Source of the DNA: an uncultured bacterium
GTDB lineage: Bacteria > Hydrogenedentota > Hydrogenedentia > Hydrogenedentales > JAEUWI01
DNA length: 10,987 nt
Assembly (NCBI GenBank): GCA_963977445.1
Contig: CAXBPH010000236.1
Span: 1-10,987 of the forward strand
Reading direction: 5' to 3'
Shown here piece by piece: positions 1-8,700 of the stretch. The notes below the pieces were generated by a model that saw nothing but the letters and a program-made list of their open reading frames with translations, was not told where the DNA came from and searched no databases. Position 1 is the stretch's first letter. The number at the start of each line of letters is the position of its first letter. A program made the translations under genes and the position numbers.

Positions 1-1019
1 ACGGAAAAGACTACCGGTTGATTCGAATTCCCATGGATATAGGCACCGAAATAGCCAATTTCACTGACGGCACCCAGCCGGGGAGCGTCCCGCCCGTCTC
101 GCTTCAGGCTCCACTGTTCCGCGTGGGTGTGCCCTGAATCACGGATGGCATAGAGGTGGCCAAGTTCCTCATCCTGCATATAGATCTGGCCCGTGGGGCC
201 GAGGACAGGAATGGGCCAGGAGAAGGAATGGCCTCGGCCCGTCGGGGCGCTCCAGCTCCATTTAAAGAGACCGTCATCGGTGTTTACCGCGTAGATATAG
301 GATATGTCTGCTGCCGTGCGACCGATATAGAGTGTCTTCTCATCTGCCGACAACGTGGGGGAAGAGGTATGGCCGGCTTCATTGTCAACGAAGTGGTGGG
401 TCCAAATCGTTTCACCCGACGCCCCATCAATTTTCATGATTGTCGGAATGTCACGGCAGTGGACGTAGATAGAGCCATCCTGGTCGGCTACGGGCGTTGA
501 GGTGATCGGATCCAGTCCGGGGGAGAGATCCCGTTCCCAGCAAAGTTTTCCCGTCTTTCGATCCAATCCCCGCAATACGCCATACCGATGCCCGATGATT
601 ACCCGCTCACCCACAATGACAGGTACCGAAAGTTGGCTCCACGTACCTTGGAATTCGGGTTTGGTGTGGTCCCAGCGATAGACATAGCGCCACCGTTCCG
701 TGCCATCAGGGGTGAAGGAAACCAGGACAACGGAAGGCGCTCCCGGACCCTTCCAGCTCTTCGCCTTAACGGGAGAGGCAGTGGCGTAGATATTGCCTTC
801 CTTATCGACGATAGGTTGGGTGTCCGAAATGCCGGGGACACCCAGGGGGCGCTCCCACCGGATTTCGGGCGTTGATGTCGGGCCGGCGATGTCGACGCGG
901 CTTGTACGTTGCGCGTTCCCACCCGCCATCGGAAAATCCGCCCATACTGCGGTGCTTGACAAAAAAAAGGAGATGATGCTGAGGGCTAGCAGGGGCCGGC
1001 CCTTCGTAATTCCGTTCAT
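1..1019 (-). CDS. Secreted PQQ-binding-like (BamB-family) beta-propeller repeat protein, 3'-truncated by the window edge
   Basis: Hand translation from the ATG at 1019 stays open to position 3 and is absent from the ORF track because no stop lies in the window. It begins with a signal peptide (MNGITKGRPLLALSIISFFLSSTAVWA) followed by DFPMAGGNAQRTS. Propeller blades include QPIVDKEGNIY, SFTPDGTERW, GLDRKTGKLCW, STPVADQDGSIY, KIDGASGETIW and YAVNTDDGLFKW. Confidence 0.88.
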   Translation of the reverse strand, partial: MNGITKGRPLLALSIISFFLSSTAVWADFPMAGGNAQRTSRVDIAGPTSTPEIRWERPLGVPGISDTQPIVDKEGNIYATASPVKAKSWKGPGAPSVVLVSFTPDGTERWRYVYRWDHTKPEFQGTWSQLSVPVIVGERVIIGHRYGVLRGLDRKTGKLCWERDLSPGLDPITSTPVADQDGSIYVHCRDIPTIMKIDGASGETIWTHHFVDNEAGHTSSPTLSADEKTLYIGRTAADISYIYAVNTDDGLFKWSWSAPTGRGHSFSWPIPVLGPTGQIYMQDEELGHLYAIRDSGHTHAEQWSLKRDGRDAPRLGAVSEIGYFGAYIHGNSNQPVVFS

Positions 1020-1082
1020 GTACATCCATTCATGGTAAAAGCCAACTTAAAACGTTGCCCCACGGTAGATATATAGACCCAC

Positions 1083-1478
1083 CTACACCAACCACTTTTC
1101 CGCAATCTGCTCTGTCTCTGTCAACCTAATCAGCCAATCCAGGAGCCGTTGCTTCATTGCGTCGCGTGTGTCTTTGTGCTCCGGGTTCGGCGCGAAATTG
1201 TCACGCTCACCGGGGTCAGATTCGAGGTCAAATAACTCCTCGTACCCTTCCGGGTAGTTATTGTACTTCCATCGGCGGCTTCGTACCATTTTTGCATCGG
1301 GGTGGCGCACGCCAAACACGCCCTTGCCTTTTTCATAGTGGTGCACGGTAGAAAAAACCTCCGGCATCACGTTTTCACTGAAGACGTATTCGCGCGCCAC
1401 ATAATCCGTTGGGTCGTTGCTCAGCAGGGGCGTCAGGCTTCCTCCATCTTCGTGATGGGAAGTACCATAGCACACCAT
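1083..1478 (-). pseudogene. C-terminal fragment of a sulfatase-family protein; N-terminal catalytic region absent
   Basis: Has typical sulfatase C-terminal motifs: DGGSLTPLL, REYVFSE, MVRSRRWKY and ELFDLESDPGERDNFA. It is only 131 aa and has no C/S-x-P-x-R motif. Only about 130 bp separate it from the upstream gene, so there is no room for the N-terminal domain. Confidence 0.75.
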
Positions 1479-1499
1479 GGGGGGACGCGAGCACCCCGC

Positions 1500-1579
1500 A
1501 AAAAAGTGAACAGGGTGGACATCGTGGACTAGGTGAACACCCTTTGGTCCACCTAGTCCACAACGTCCACCCTGTCCAC
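1500..1579 (-). terminator. 33-bp inverted repeat built from 9-bp periodic GTGGAC units and followed by T6 on the minus strand (REP-like hairpin, probable intrinsic terminator)
   Basis: Left arm 1506-1538 is GTGAAC AGG GTGGAC ATC GTGGAC TAG GTGAAC. Right arm 1547-1579 is GTCCAC CTA GTCCAC AAC GTCCAC CCT GTCCAC. The arms pair at 29/33 Watson-Crick positions around an 8-nt loop. A6 at 1500-1505 gives a U6 tail. The element lies 30 bp downstream of the oxidoreductase stop. Confidence 0.75.
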
Positions 1580-1609
1580 AAAAGTAATCAAGGCGACGGA
1601 AAATCTAAA

Positions 1610-2899
1610 TTAGATCGCCCAATCCCCACGCATGGGCCGACTACGCAAAGCATTCGCTTCGTCGTCGTTTTTGAATTCTTCCTTGACCGGGTCCCAATGC
1701 AGTTCACGCTTCAGCGTCGTGGCGATATAGCCCAAGTGACAGATGGTTGCCGTGCGGTGACCGATTTCGATGGTGGCCCCAGGCTGGGTATGTTGCTTCA
1801 CCCCATTGATGAAATCACCGATGTGGTCGTCCGTGTTGTACAGGCGAATCGCGTCGGGTTTGAGCACGATATTGTCGACGTCGGGAAGACTCGACGTAAT
1901 CTTGGAACTCTCCACGTGGATCCAGCCTTCGCTGCCGATGAACTTGATACCGTAATGCTTGTTGTCGCTGCTGGTGAGGGCGATCATCCGGACGCCGTTG
2001 GCGTAGTCATACTCAATCAGGTGTTTGACCGGGGCGTCGAAGAGTCCTTGCCGTGGATACTCGGCCGCACCACTGATACGTACCGGGCCGGTGTCATCCG
2101 TGTTGTTACCCCACTGGCCGATGTCATAGTAATGAGCACCCCAGTCCGTGATATAGCCCGCGCTGTAATCGAGGAGCCAACGGAAATTGAAGTGACAGCG
2201 GGCAGGCGTGTAGGGCTTTTCCGGGGCCGGTCCGAGCCACAGGTCATAGTCTAAACCTTCGGGGACGGGTTCCACCGGGTACCCTTCCTTGAATTCACCG
2301 CGGATGGCATAACCCTCGGGCACACCGCATTCAATGGTGTGCAGTTCGCCGATATAGCCGTTGCGTACCAGCTCACAGGCATCGCGACAACCCTGCAGCG
2401 ACCGACGCCACGTACCCGTTTGAAGTATGCGATCATATTGGGCCACGGCGTCCGCCATTTTACGGCCCTGCTCAATCGTAAGAGAGACAGGTTTTTCGCA
2501 GAAAATGTCTTTACCGGCCTTCGCCGCATCAATGGTGTTCAAGGCATGCCAGTGATCGGGCGTAGCGATGGAAACCGCATCAATGTCGTCGCGGGCGAGC
2601 AACTCGCGGTAGTCGTTGTAGGCCGATTCCGAACCAATTTCGGTGAGGCTGGCGGCTTCGTCCCGACGCGCCTTGTCCACATCGCAAACCGCCACAATCT
2701 GGGTCTCGGGCTTGCCGTGGAAGGCCATCATGTTGTTCGTGCCCCGGTTGCCGACGCCAATACAACCGATATTGATGCGTTCACTGGGCGCGACAGCGCC
2801 ATCTTTGCCAAGGGCCGATGCAGGTATAATCATGGGTGCCGCGATGGCAGCGGTTGCAGCAAGAAATTGCCGACGACTGGGCTTGGGGGTCGTGCTCAA
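1610..2899 (-). CDS. Gfo/Idh/MocA family NAD(P)-dependent oxidoreductase with a Tat (twin-arginine) signal peptide
   Basis: Tat motif SRRQFL, Rossmann motif INIGCIGVGNRG, IATPDHWH, CEKP, and family motifs LDYDLWLGPAP and DWGAHYYD. TTG start preceded by a GGAGGAG RBS. Confidence 0.95.
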   Translation of the reverse strand: MSTTPKPSRRQFLAATAAIAAPMIIPASALGKDGAVAPSERINIGCIGVGNRGTNNMMAFHGKPETQIVAVCDVDKARRDEAASLTEIGSESAYNDYRELLARDDIDAVSIATPDHWHALNTIDAAKAGKDIFCEKPVSLTIEQGRKMADAVAQYDRILQTGTWRRSLQGCRDACELVRNGYIGELHTIECGVPEGYAIRGEFKEGYPVEPVPEGLDYDLWLGPAPEKPYTPARCHFNFRWLLDYSAGYITDWGAHYYDIGQWGNNTDDTGPVRISGAAEYPRQGLFDAPVKHLIEYDYANGVRMIALTSSDNKHYGIKFIGSEGWIHVESSKITSSLPDVDNIVLKPDAIRLYNTDDHIGDFINGVKQHTQPGATIEIGHRTATICHLGYIATTLKRELHWDPVKEEFKNDDEANALRSRPMRGDWAI

Positions 2900-2906
2900 A
2901 ATATAG

Positions 2907-2913
2907 CTCCTCC
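2907..2913 (-). promoter_or_regulatory. Shine-Dalgarno sequence of the oxidoreductase
   Basis: GGAGGAG lies 7 nt upstream of the TTG start at 2899. Confidence 0.8.
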
Positions 2914-3048
2914 GCAGGCGGCGCTGCGATCAATTGATGAAGTGATACTAAACGAAGCTTCATATATACCATATTGGGGCCAGCGAATGCAGTTCCACGC
3001 TTTTACGTTTCTTGCTTGGCACTATCGCTTAAAGCAGAATTGGACAAT

Positions 3049-3180
3049 TGGGAGCGCAGGTCGAGGACGCGCCGCAGGAGGGCGGCCCGCCTGCATCGTG
3101 CCGAAGGCACGTTCTTTTACGACTCTGACGTAATGCAGGCCCGCCGCGCGCCAACTGCGCGTCCGAGACTTTCGCTCCCA
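3049..3180. repeat. 132-bp imperfect palindromic element (REP/REPIN/MITE-like or structured RNA)
   Basis: The 48-nt arms at 3049-3096 and 3133-3180 are complementary at 37/48 positions with no gaps (TGGGAGCG...GCCTGCAT / ATGCAGGC...CGCTCCCA). They enclose the hairpin CGTGCC-GAA-GGCACG (3097-3111) and a small TACG/CGTA stem. Confidence 0.75.
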
Positions 3181-3246
3181 GGCTCCCATTCAGGAAGCGG
3201 GCAAACGATACCGACAAAAAAATGTCCGCGATGAATCTTCGTTTAG

Positions 3247-4332
3247 TTACCCTTCGTGGCGCAGCACGTCGGCGGGGTCCTGTCGGGTGGCCAGCATCGC
3301 CGGGATCCACGTGGCGACACAGGCAAGTAGGGGCGCACCAACGAGGACGGGAATCAACAGGCCACTATCCAGGGGAAAGAGGGCCAACGTGTCCGCCGGG
3401 ATGCCATCCCAACGACCCCACTGCCCGCCGATGAGAAAGCCGATGGCGAGGCCCGCCAAGGCACCAACCAGTCCCATCCCCGCCGCCCGAAAGAGAAACA
3501 GGGCCATAATAGCGGGGCTGCGATAACCAACTGCCCGGAGGATGCCGATTTCCTCACGGCGCACGCGGACGTTGCCCAGCATGAGAAAGCCGACCCACAG
3601 AATGGAGCCCACCATGACCAGGGGCACCAACCAGGCGGTGAGGGACTCTCGCTCGTGCTGCAATTGGGCGTGATGGGCCTGCTGGGCTTCACTCGTCTCC
3701 ACGCTCAGGCTGGCGGCCCGGTCCCGTGCCTTGCCCCGGGCGATGGTTTGAGAAGCAAGCTGTAAGACCTGTGTGCCGGGAAGAATGGCGCAAATTTCGT
3801 TCTGTATCTTTGCCAGGGAGGCATCGTCGCAATGACAGCTCAACGCCATAATCGCATTGATTTCATTGGGCCGCTCCAGCATCTCCTGGGCCTCATCGAG
3901 ATGGACCCAGATGCTGATATCGTCTTCATTGCCCTGCAGGTCGTTAACTTTTATGACAGAGAATTCTTTACCCAACAGCGAGATGGTTTCCCCTTCCTCG
4001 ATGCCCAGTTTATCGTGTAACACGTGGCCGATTCGTGCCGTGCCTTTTTCCACCGCTTCTACCAGGGGCGTTTTTGCCGAACGAAAGGCCAGGGGGTATT
4101 CCGACCGGGCACCAAGCAGAATCACCGGGAGGTCCCCACGCTCTTTCCACAGTAGGCGCTGCTGGAGCGTGGGCACGAGGTGTCGAACGGTAATAATGTC
4201 CGATTGGGCAAGCTTGGCCACATAATCCTCAGGCATATAAGCCGTCGCATAGCCCTCGTCAAGATAGGTGGCCATATCCTGTGACTTGCGGTATCCAATT
4301 TCTCTCAGGGCTAAACGCCAGGTGCTGTTCAT
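3247..4332 (-). CDS. FtsX/MacB-like ABC transporter permease, apparently with an in-frame N-terminal deletion that removed TM1
   Basis: C-terminal FtsX signature NVRVRREEIGILRAVGY with three TM helices and a DPADVLR ending. The extracytoplasmic region is MacB-like (IGHVLHDKLGIEEGETISLLGKEFSV, VHLDEAQEML). The N-terminal amphipathic helix WRLALREIGYRK is not followed by a hydrophobic helix. Confidence 0.85.
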   Translation of the reverse strand: MNSTWRLALREIGYRKSQDMATYLDEGYATAYMPEDYVAKLAQSDIITVRHLVPTLQQRLLWKERGDLPVILLGARSEYPLAFRSAKTPLVEAVEKGTARIGHVLHDKLGIEEGETISLLGKEFSVIKVNDLQGNEDDISIWVHLDEAQEMLERPNEINAIMALSCHCDDASLAKIQNEICAILPGTQVLQLASQTIARGKARDRAASLSVETSEAQQAHHAQLQHERESLTAWLVPLVMVGSILWVGFLMLGNVRVRREEIGILRAVGYRSPAIMALFLFRAAGMGLVGALAGLAIGFLIGGQWGRWDGIPADTLALFPLDSGLLIPVLVGAPLLACVATWIPAMLATRQDPADVLRHEG

Positions 4333-4335
4333 GGG

Positions 4336-5439
4336 TTAGTCATTCCTGTTGGGCATCTTGATGAGAATATACAGGGTGCCGCCGATGACGAGGGCAAATC
4401 CCAATCCCATGGCAATAGCGATATTTCGTATCAAGGTGCGGCTGGGTTCATCGGTCTCGTCGGATGGCGCAGGCGCTGCTGGTGTTGGCACTGCTTCTTT
4501 GGAAGTGTCCGATTCGATTTCAACGGCAGCAAGTCCAGCCACGCTGGGGGGCTCGATGGGGGCCATCATGGATTCACCCACCACCGTCTCCCAGTTCGTA
4601 CTCATGAGCAAGTCGATGCCCGGATTCTGGTCTTTCACTTCGCAGGTGCAACGGCCCGCAATATACATGCAGGCTTCTTCCACCAGGTCGGGGGCAATGC
4701 CGCCGTCCACCAGGGCATAAAGAGCCCGGCCCCGTCCAAAAACAGGGAAGGCCATAGGAGCATCCCGTTCGCTCAGGTCAACCTCGCTTTTGAGCAACAT
4801 CTTAATGAAGGGTTGCTCCAGCGGGTCGTTCCTATCCAGTGCGAGCAGGGAAAACTTGAGGTCCCAGGGTACCGGCACGGCTTCTTCATTGCTCTCAATA
4901 TCCAGTGGCACGATCTCGACGGTTTTACTCATGGCCTGAATAGCCGCTTGCAGGGCTTCCTGACGCCCGGCATCCCGCTTTACATCACCCGTCTTGAGGA
5001 AGACCCAGACGGCCGTATCTTCGGCTTCCAGGCGCCTGGAAATTTCCTGACGGGCAGGCGAATCGAGGACGCGGGCAATGTGGTCGGCATTGAGGGTGCC
5101 ACTCCACACATACGACGGATTGGACTGGGCGTGGGGGTAACGCACGACCATCCAGGGGGTTTCCGGGGCCTCCTGGTTTTTCCAGAGGTCCTGGAAGAAG
5201 AGGTCCATCGATTGGGTCGTGTCGACGAGGGTAGTCGTCGCGTTGCCCAGTCCCGATTCCTCCGTCGTGCCACTGCGGAGGTGATCGACCAGTTGTTGCT
5301 GGTCGTCGTCCAGGGCACCATCGTGATAGATGATGATTTCATAGGGGTCTGCCGCCCAGTTTTCGAGGGCCCAACGGAAGACCGGCAGGTCACAGGCGAA
5401 GGCGGTCACGGTGCAGGTGAGTGCAACAATCGTCAACAT
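4336..5439 (-). CDS. Hypothetical exported protein with a C-terminal TM anchor and CxC motif; start uncertain (5439 ATG, 5478 TTG, 5481 GTG or 5748 ATG)
   Basis: Signal-like segment MLTIVALTCTVTAFA followed by CDLPVFRWALENW, then FPVFGRGRAL and CMYIAGRCTCEVKDQNPGIDLL. An acidic/Pro-rich linker precedes the TM helix IAIAMGLGFALVIGGTLYILI. The stop is 3 nt before the permease ATG. Confidence 0.8.
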   Translation of the reverse strand: MLTIVALTCTVTAFACDLPVFRWALENWAADPYEIIIYHDGALDDDQQQLVDHLRSGTTEESGLGNATTTLVDTTQSMDLFFQDLWKNQEAPETPWMVVRYPHAQSNPSYVWSGTLNADHIARVLDSPARQEISRRLEAEDTAVWVFLKTGDVKRDAGRQEALQAAIQAMSKTVEIVPLDIESNEEAVPVPWDLKFSLLALDRNDPLEQPFIKMLLKSEVDLSERDAPMAFPVFGRGRALYALVDGGIAPDLVEEACMYIAGRCTCEVKDQNPGIDLLMSTNWETVVGESMMAPIEPPSVAGLAAVEIESDTSKEAVPTPAAPAPSDETDEPSRTLIRNIAIAMGLGFALVIGGTLYILIKMPNRND

Positions 5440-5486
5440 CCCCGCCGCCCAACGGCGCGTCCACGGGATAGCACCCAACACAACAG

Positions 5487-5672
5487 GGGTGCCACCTGCA
5501 CGCGGGGGAGCGAAGCGGAGGAGCTTGTGGGTGCGGGGCGTCGGATTCTTTCGTGACGTTGAGACGGTGCACGCAGCTGTTGAATTCTTATGAGCCATCT
5601 CGGTGAGAAGTCCTGCTTGAAGATTAGCACCCACAAGGCCACTCGTACCTCGCGTCCGTGTAGTTGGTACCC
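5487..5672. repeat. 186-bp element bounded by inverted repeats (REP pair / MITE-like)
   Basis: Outer ends GGGTGCCACCTGCACG and CGTGTAGTTGGTACCC are 13/16 complementary. The inner 11-bp inverted repeat is perfect: CTTGTGGGTGC (5524-5534) / GCACCCACAAG (5627-5637). The left arm contains a GCGAAGC mini-hairpin. Confidence 0.65.
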
Positions 5673-5747
5673 GTGGGGTCCCTGACACCAAGTCCGATTC
5701 AAGGTTCGTTGAGGCAACGTATCGTTTTGCTTGAGCTTCAATTATCA

Positions 5748-8700
5748 TTACACGGCATCCTCGTTAATTACTTCCACGCCAGACAGAACCGGCGGCAATG
5801 AACCCGCGACGGGCGACAGGGTGATGGTTAACACGTCGGCTACCGCCACACCGGTGAATTCCTTCACAACAGAGCGCCAGGGGCCCTGGGCTTCCTTGGC
5901 GACATCGAGGGCCGGGAAGACCGGTTGACCCTGCAGAGCCACGTCGAAGACGCGTTCACCATCCAGCGCCTTGGCGGGTTCGGCGAAGAGGAGGCGCACG
6001 GTAAAGGTTTTGCCCTCCATGGGCGTCGTGCTCATGCGGATAGCGATTTCCTGGCAGTCTTCCAGTCCCGACGCGGCCACCCAGGGCAACTCCCCGCTCA
6101 GGATGCGGGTGGCATGGGTGCGGAAGGTCGACGTGACCTCGGGCGTTACCGTGACGTCCACCTCCGGGGAGGGACCACCCACACTGGGGTAGTCGATCCA
6201 CAGGGTGCCGTTATCAGCGACCCGGTCTCCCGGGGCACCAAAGTTGATGCCCACCCGTTTCACCGAGCCTTCACCGAGCTCCACATTGTTGAAGGTCCAC
6301 ATTTCCATTTCCGGCATGTGCACCAGAGCAAGGGACGTCTGATTCTGATAACTGCAGCTGCACGTACGGGTGTAGTCCGGGGCATTCAGCACGCCGTCGG
6401 CCACCACCAGGTTAGAGGTACAGCTCGATTTGAAGCCACCCAGGTTGCCCGTGCCGCCTTCGTTGGCCAGGTCATAAAAGGCCGCCGCCGCCGAACGGAA
6501 GGTTAGGAGATTCTCGCTCGCAATCGGGTAGTTACACCCGTAATGCCGCGTCCAGTTCCACGGGTCGTCTTCACCCGTAAGGGGATTCTTCCGCATGACG
6601 GGCAGGCCCGTTTCCAGGCTGGCAAATTCACCCATCGTGATGATCCGATCATTGTGAATGATGGGGAAGCTCTTGTAATCCCGCTCCACATCCCAATCGA
6701 TGGTGCCCTTGGTACCATTGTAGGCCATCATCCGTTTGCCATCCTCGTCGCTCACCATATCGCGAGAAGGGCGGGTGGACTGAATCAATCTATCGTATTC
6801 TTCGGAATACGCCAGGAAGGAACCAAATACATTCTCCTGGGTCTCCCAGCGAATTTCACCAGTCTTTACATTGATGGCCATGAGGCGATAATCCTCTGGT
6901 TTGGCGTCGCCACGTCGGCGAAGCTTACCCTCAATGTGAGCGGGCAGTTTGTCGATGCAGAAGAGCGTGTCCTTGCCCACGGCAATACCATTGTGGAGAA
7001 AGCCATAGCGCGATTCTATTTTCCACAAGAGCTCACCCGTGTGGCGATCCATGATGTGCAATTCGCGGCTGGCACCAATGTCGTAGTCGGTGTAGGCAGA
7101 ATACTCCGCCTTCTTCTGGCCCACCAGGTCGGAAAAGGCCACAAAGTCATAACCGCCAATGAGCAGGTCACCATAAATGCCCAGATAGCCCCAAGGCGGC
7201 GCTTTGGGACGACGGGCGTTGGGATCGAGGGGCGGCAGATTGATGATCTTCGTGGTTTCGCCTGTGGCCACGTCGAGCAAGTGGCAGGAACCGTCCTGAA
7301 TCACATAGACCAGGTCTTCCGTTGCTACAAAGTTGGTGCCACGAATATTCGCCCCGGGAATGTGCACCTGATTGTAGCGCGTGTCCGTGGGCGTGTCCTT
7401 ATAGGTGTCGTCAAAATAGATACCGTGATTATTCAGGTCGTGAAGCTCCCGAATCCAGAGCACCTCGCCCGTATAGACATCGCGGGCGCTGACCGTAGTC
7501 ATACCTTCGATGAACATACGGCCGCCGATAACCTGCTCAGGTGGACCATGGCCGTGACGGGGCAAGACGTCCATGTTGGAGCTGCCACCGAACCAGAGCA
7601 CGCCCAGGGGCAGTTTCACGATGGAGTCATCCGACTTGGTGGTGTTGGCAATGTTGCCATATTGATGGGTCCAGGTCCCGGCACCCGGCAGGGCACCCTC
7701 ACGGGCCAACATGATCTGACCGTCAGAATCGTGAAGTGTGAGTCCCGGTAGCTGGGCTGCTGCTAAAAGTGCGGTGAGGGCCCCATTGTCGCTCTCTCCA
7801 AGGGGCAGGATGATGCCACCATAGGGACGCACCGATGTAAACAGGCTCTCCAGCGTGTCACGCTCCAGGGGGGCGTGGCCTTCACCCAGAATCGTGAGGG
7901 ACGCCATGTAGGAGGGTGCTTCCAGGGAGCCCACCTCGCCCAGAAGAAGCGATACGCGCTCGCCATAGAGTCCGTTGCGGTCAAAGCGTGCACGGAGGGT
8001 TTCAAGCTGAACCTTGTCCGAAACCAGACCAACGAAGTGCAACTCCGAATTGGCGGCCAGGGCCTCCAGGAGATCGCCGTTGCCTACATTGTAGTAAACG
8101 GCGTATCCAGACTTCACACCGGTCTTGGCGAGGAGTTGGTTGGCCTGGTTTACCACCTCGATGGCGGGCTCGGCGGGGAAGGGACGTTCCATGCGCTGGA
8201 GGGGATAGGCCTCGGTAGCACCAAAGGCCATGATGGCACCGCTCAGGGTAACGGCAAAGAGTTTGTCATCCGCTGCGATAAGTCGTTCTACACCGCCATC
8301 AACGCGCTTCTGCCAGGCGATAGCCGGAGCGTCGCCCAGGCGAATAGCGGTGATTCCTTCACCATTGGCCGCATAGAGAAAATCGCCGGCACGAATCAGA
8401 TCGTGGCTCGCATCCACATCGAGGGACCAGAGTTTGTGGTCCCCATAGGAGTCTTTGAATTCCCGAAGGTCCTTGGGGGCGTAAGCCGTGATGGCGTCTC
8501 CAGAGAAGTAATAGGCCTCTTCCGTCAACACGGGATAATTTCCCAAGGTCGAAACAACCCGGTCTCCATCAGATATCTGATAGAAGGAGGTCACCCGCTC
8601 CCGGTGGTGATTAAAATAATCGTCGCCCAAGGCCGCCACAAACGCGCCGCCCGTCTTGTTCTGTTCTGCGAAGCGGTAATAAAGCAATTTCCCCGTCGTG

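Noticed and set aside
961..968. A8 homopolymer as a phase-variation tract
   Set aside because: It is short and explained by Phe-Phe-Leu codons in a signal peptide, and the frame is intact.
156..1038. Short ORFs listed in the track for the left end
   Set aside because: All overlap the propeller CDS (<1..1019, minus) in other frames or on the opposite strand.
1375..1581. ORF MWTGWTLWTRWT... with WT repeats
   Set aside because: It is simply the translation of the 9-bp GTGGAC repeat hairpin and overlaps the sulfatase fragment out of frame.
1409..3133. Plus-strand ORFs of 281 aa and 264 aa
   Set aside because: They are antisense shadows of the Gfo/Idh/MocA gene.
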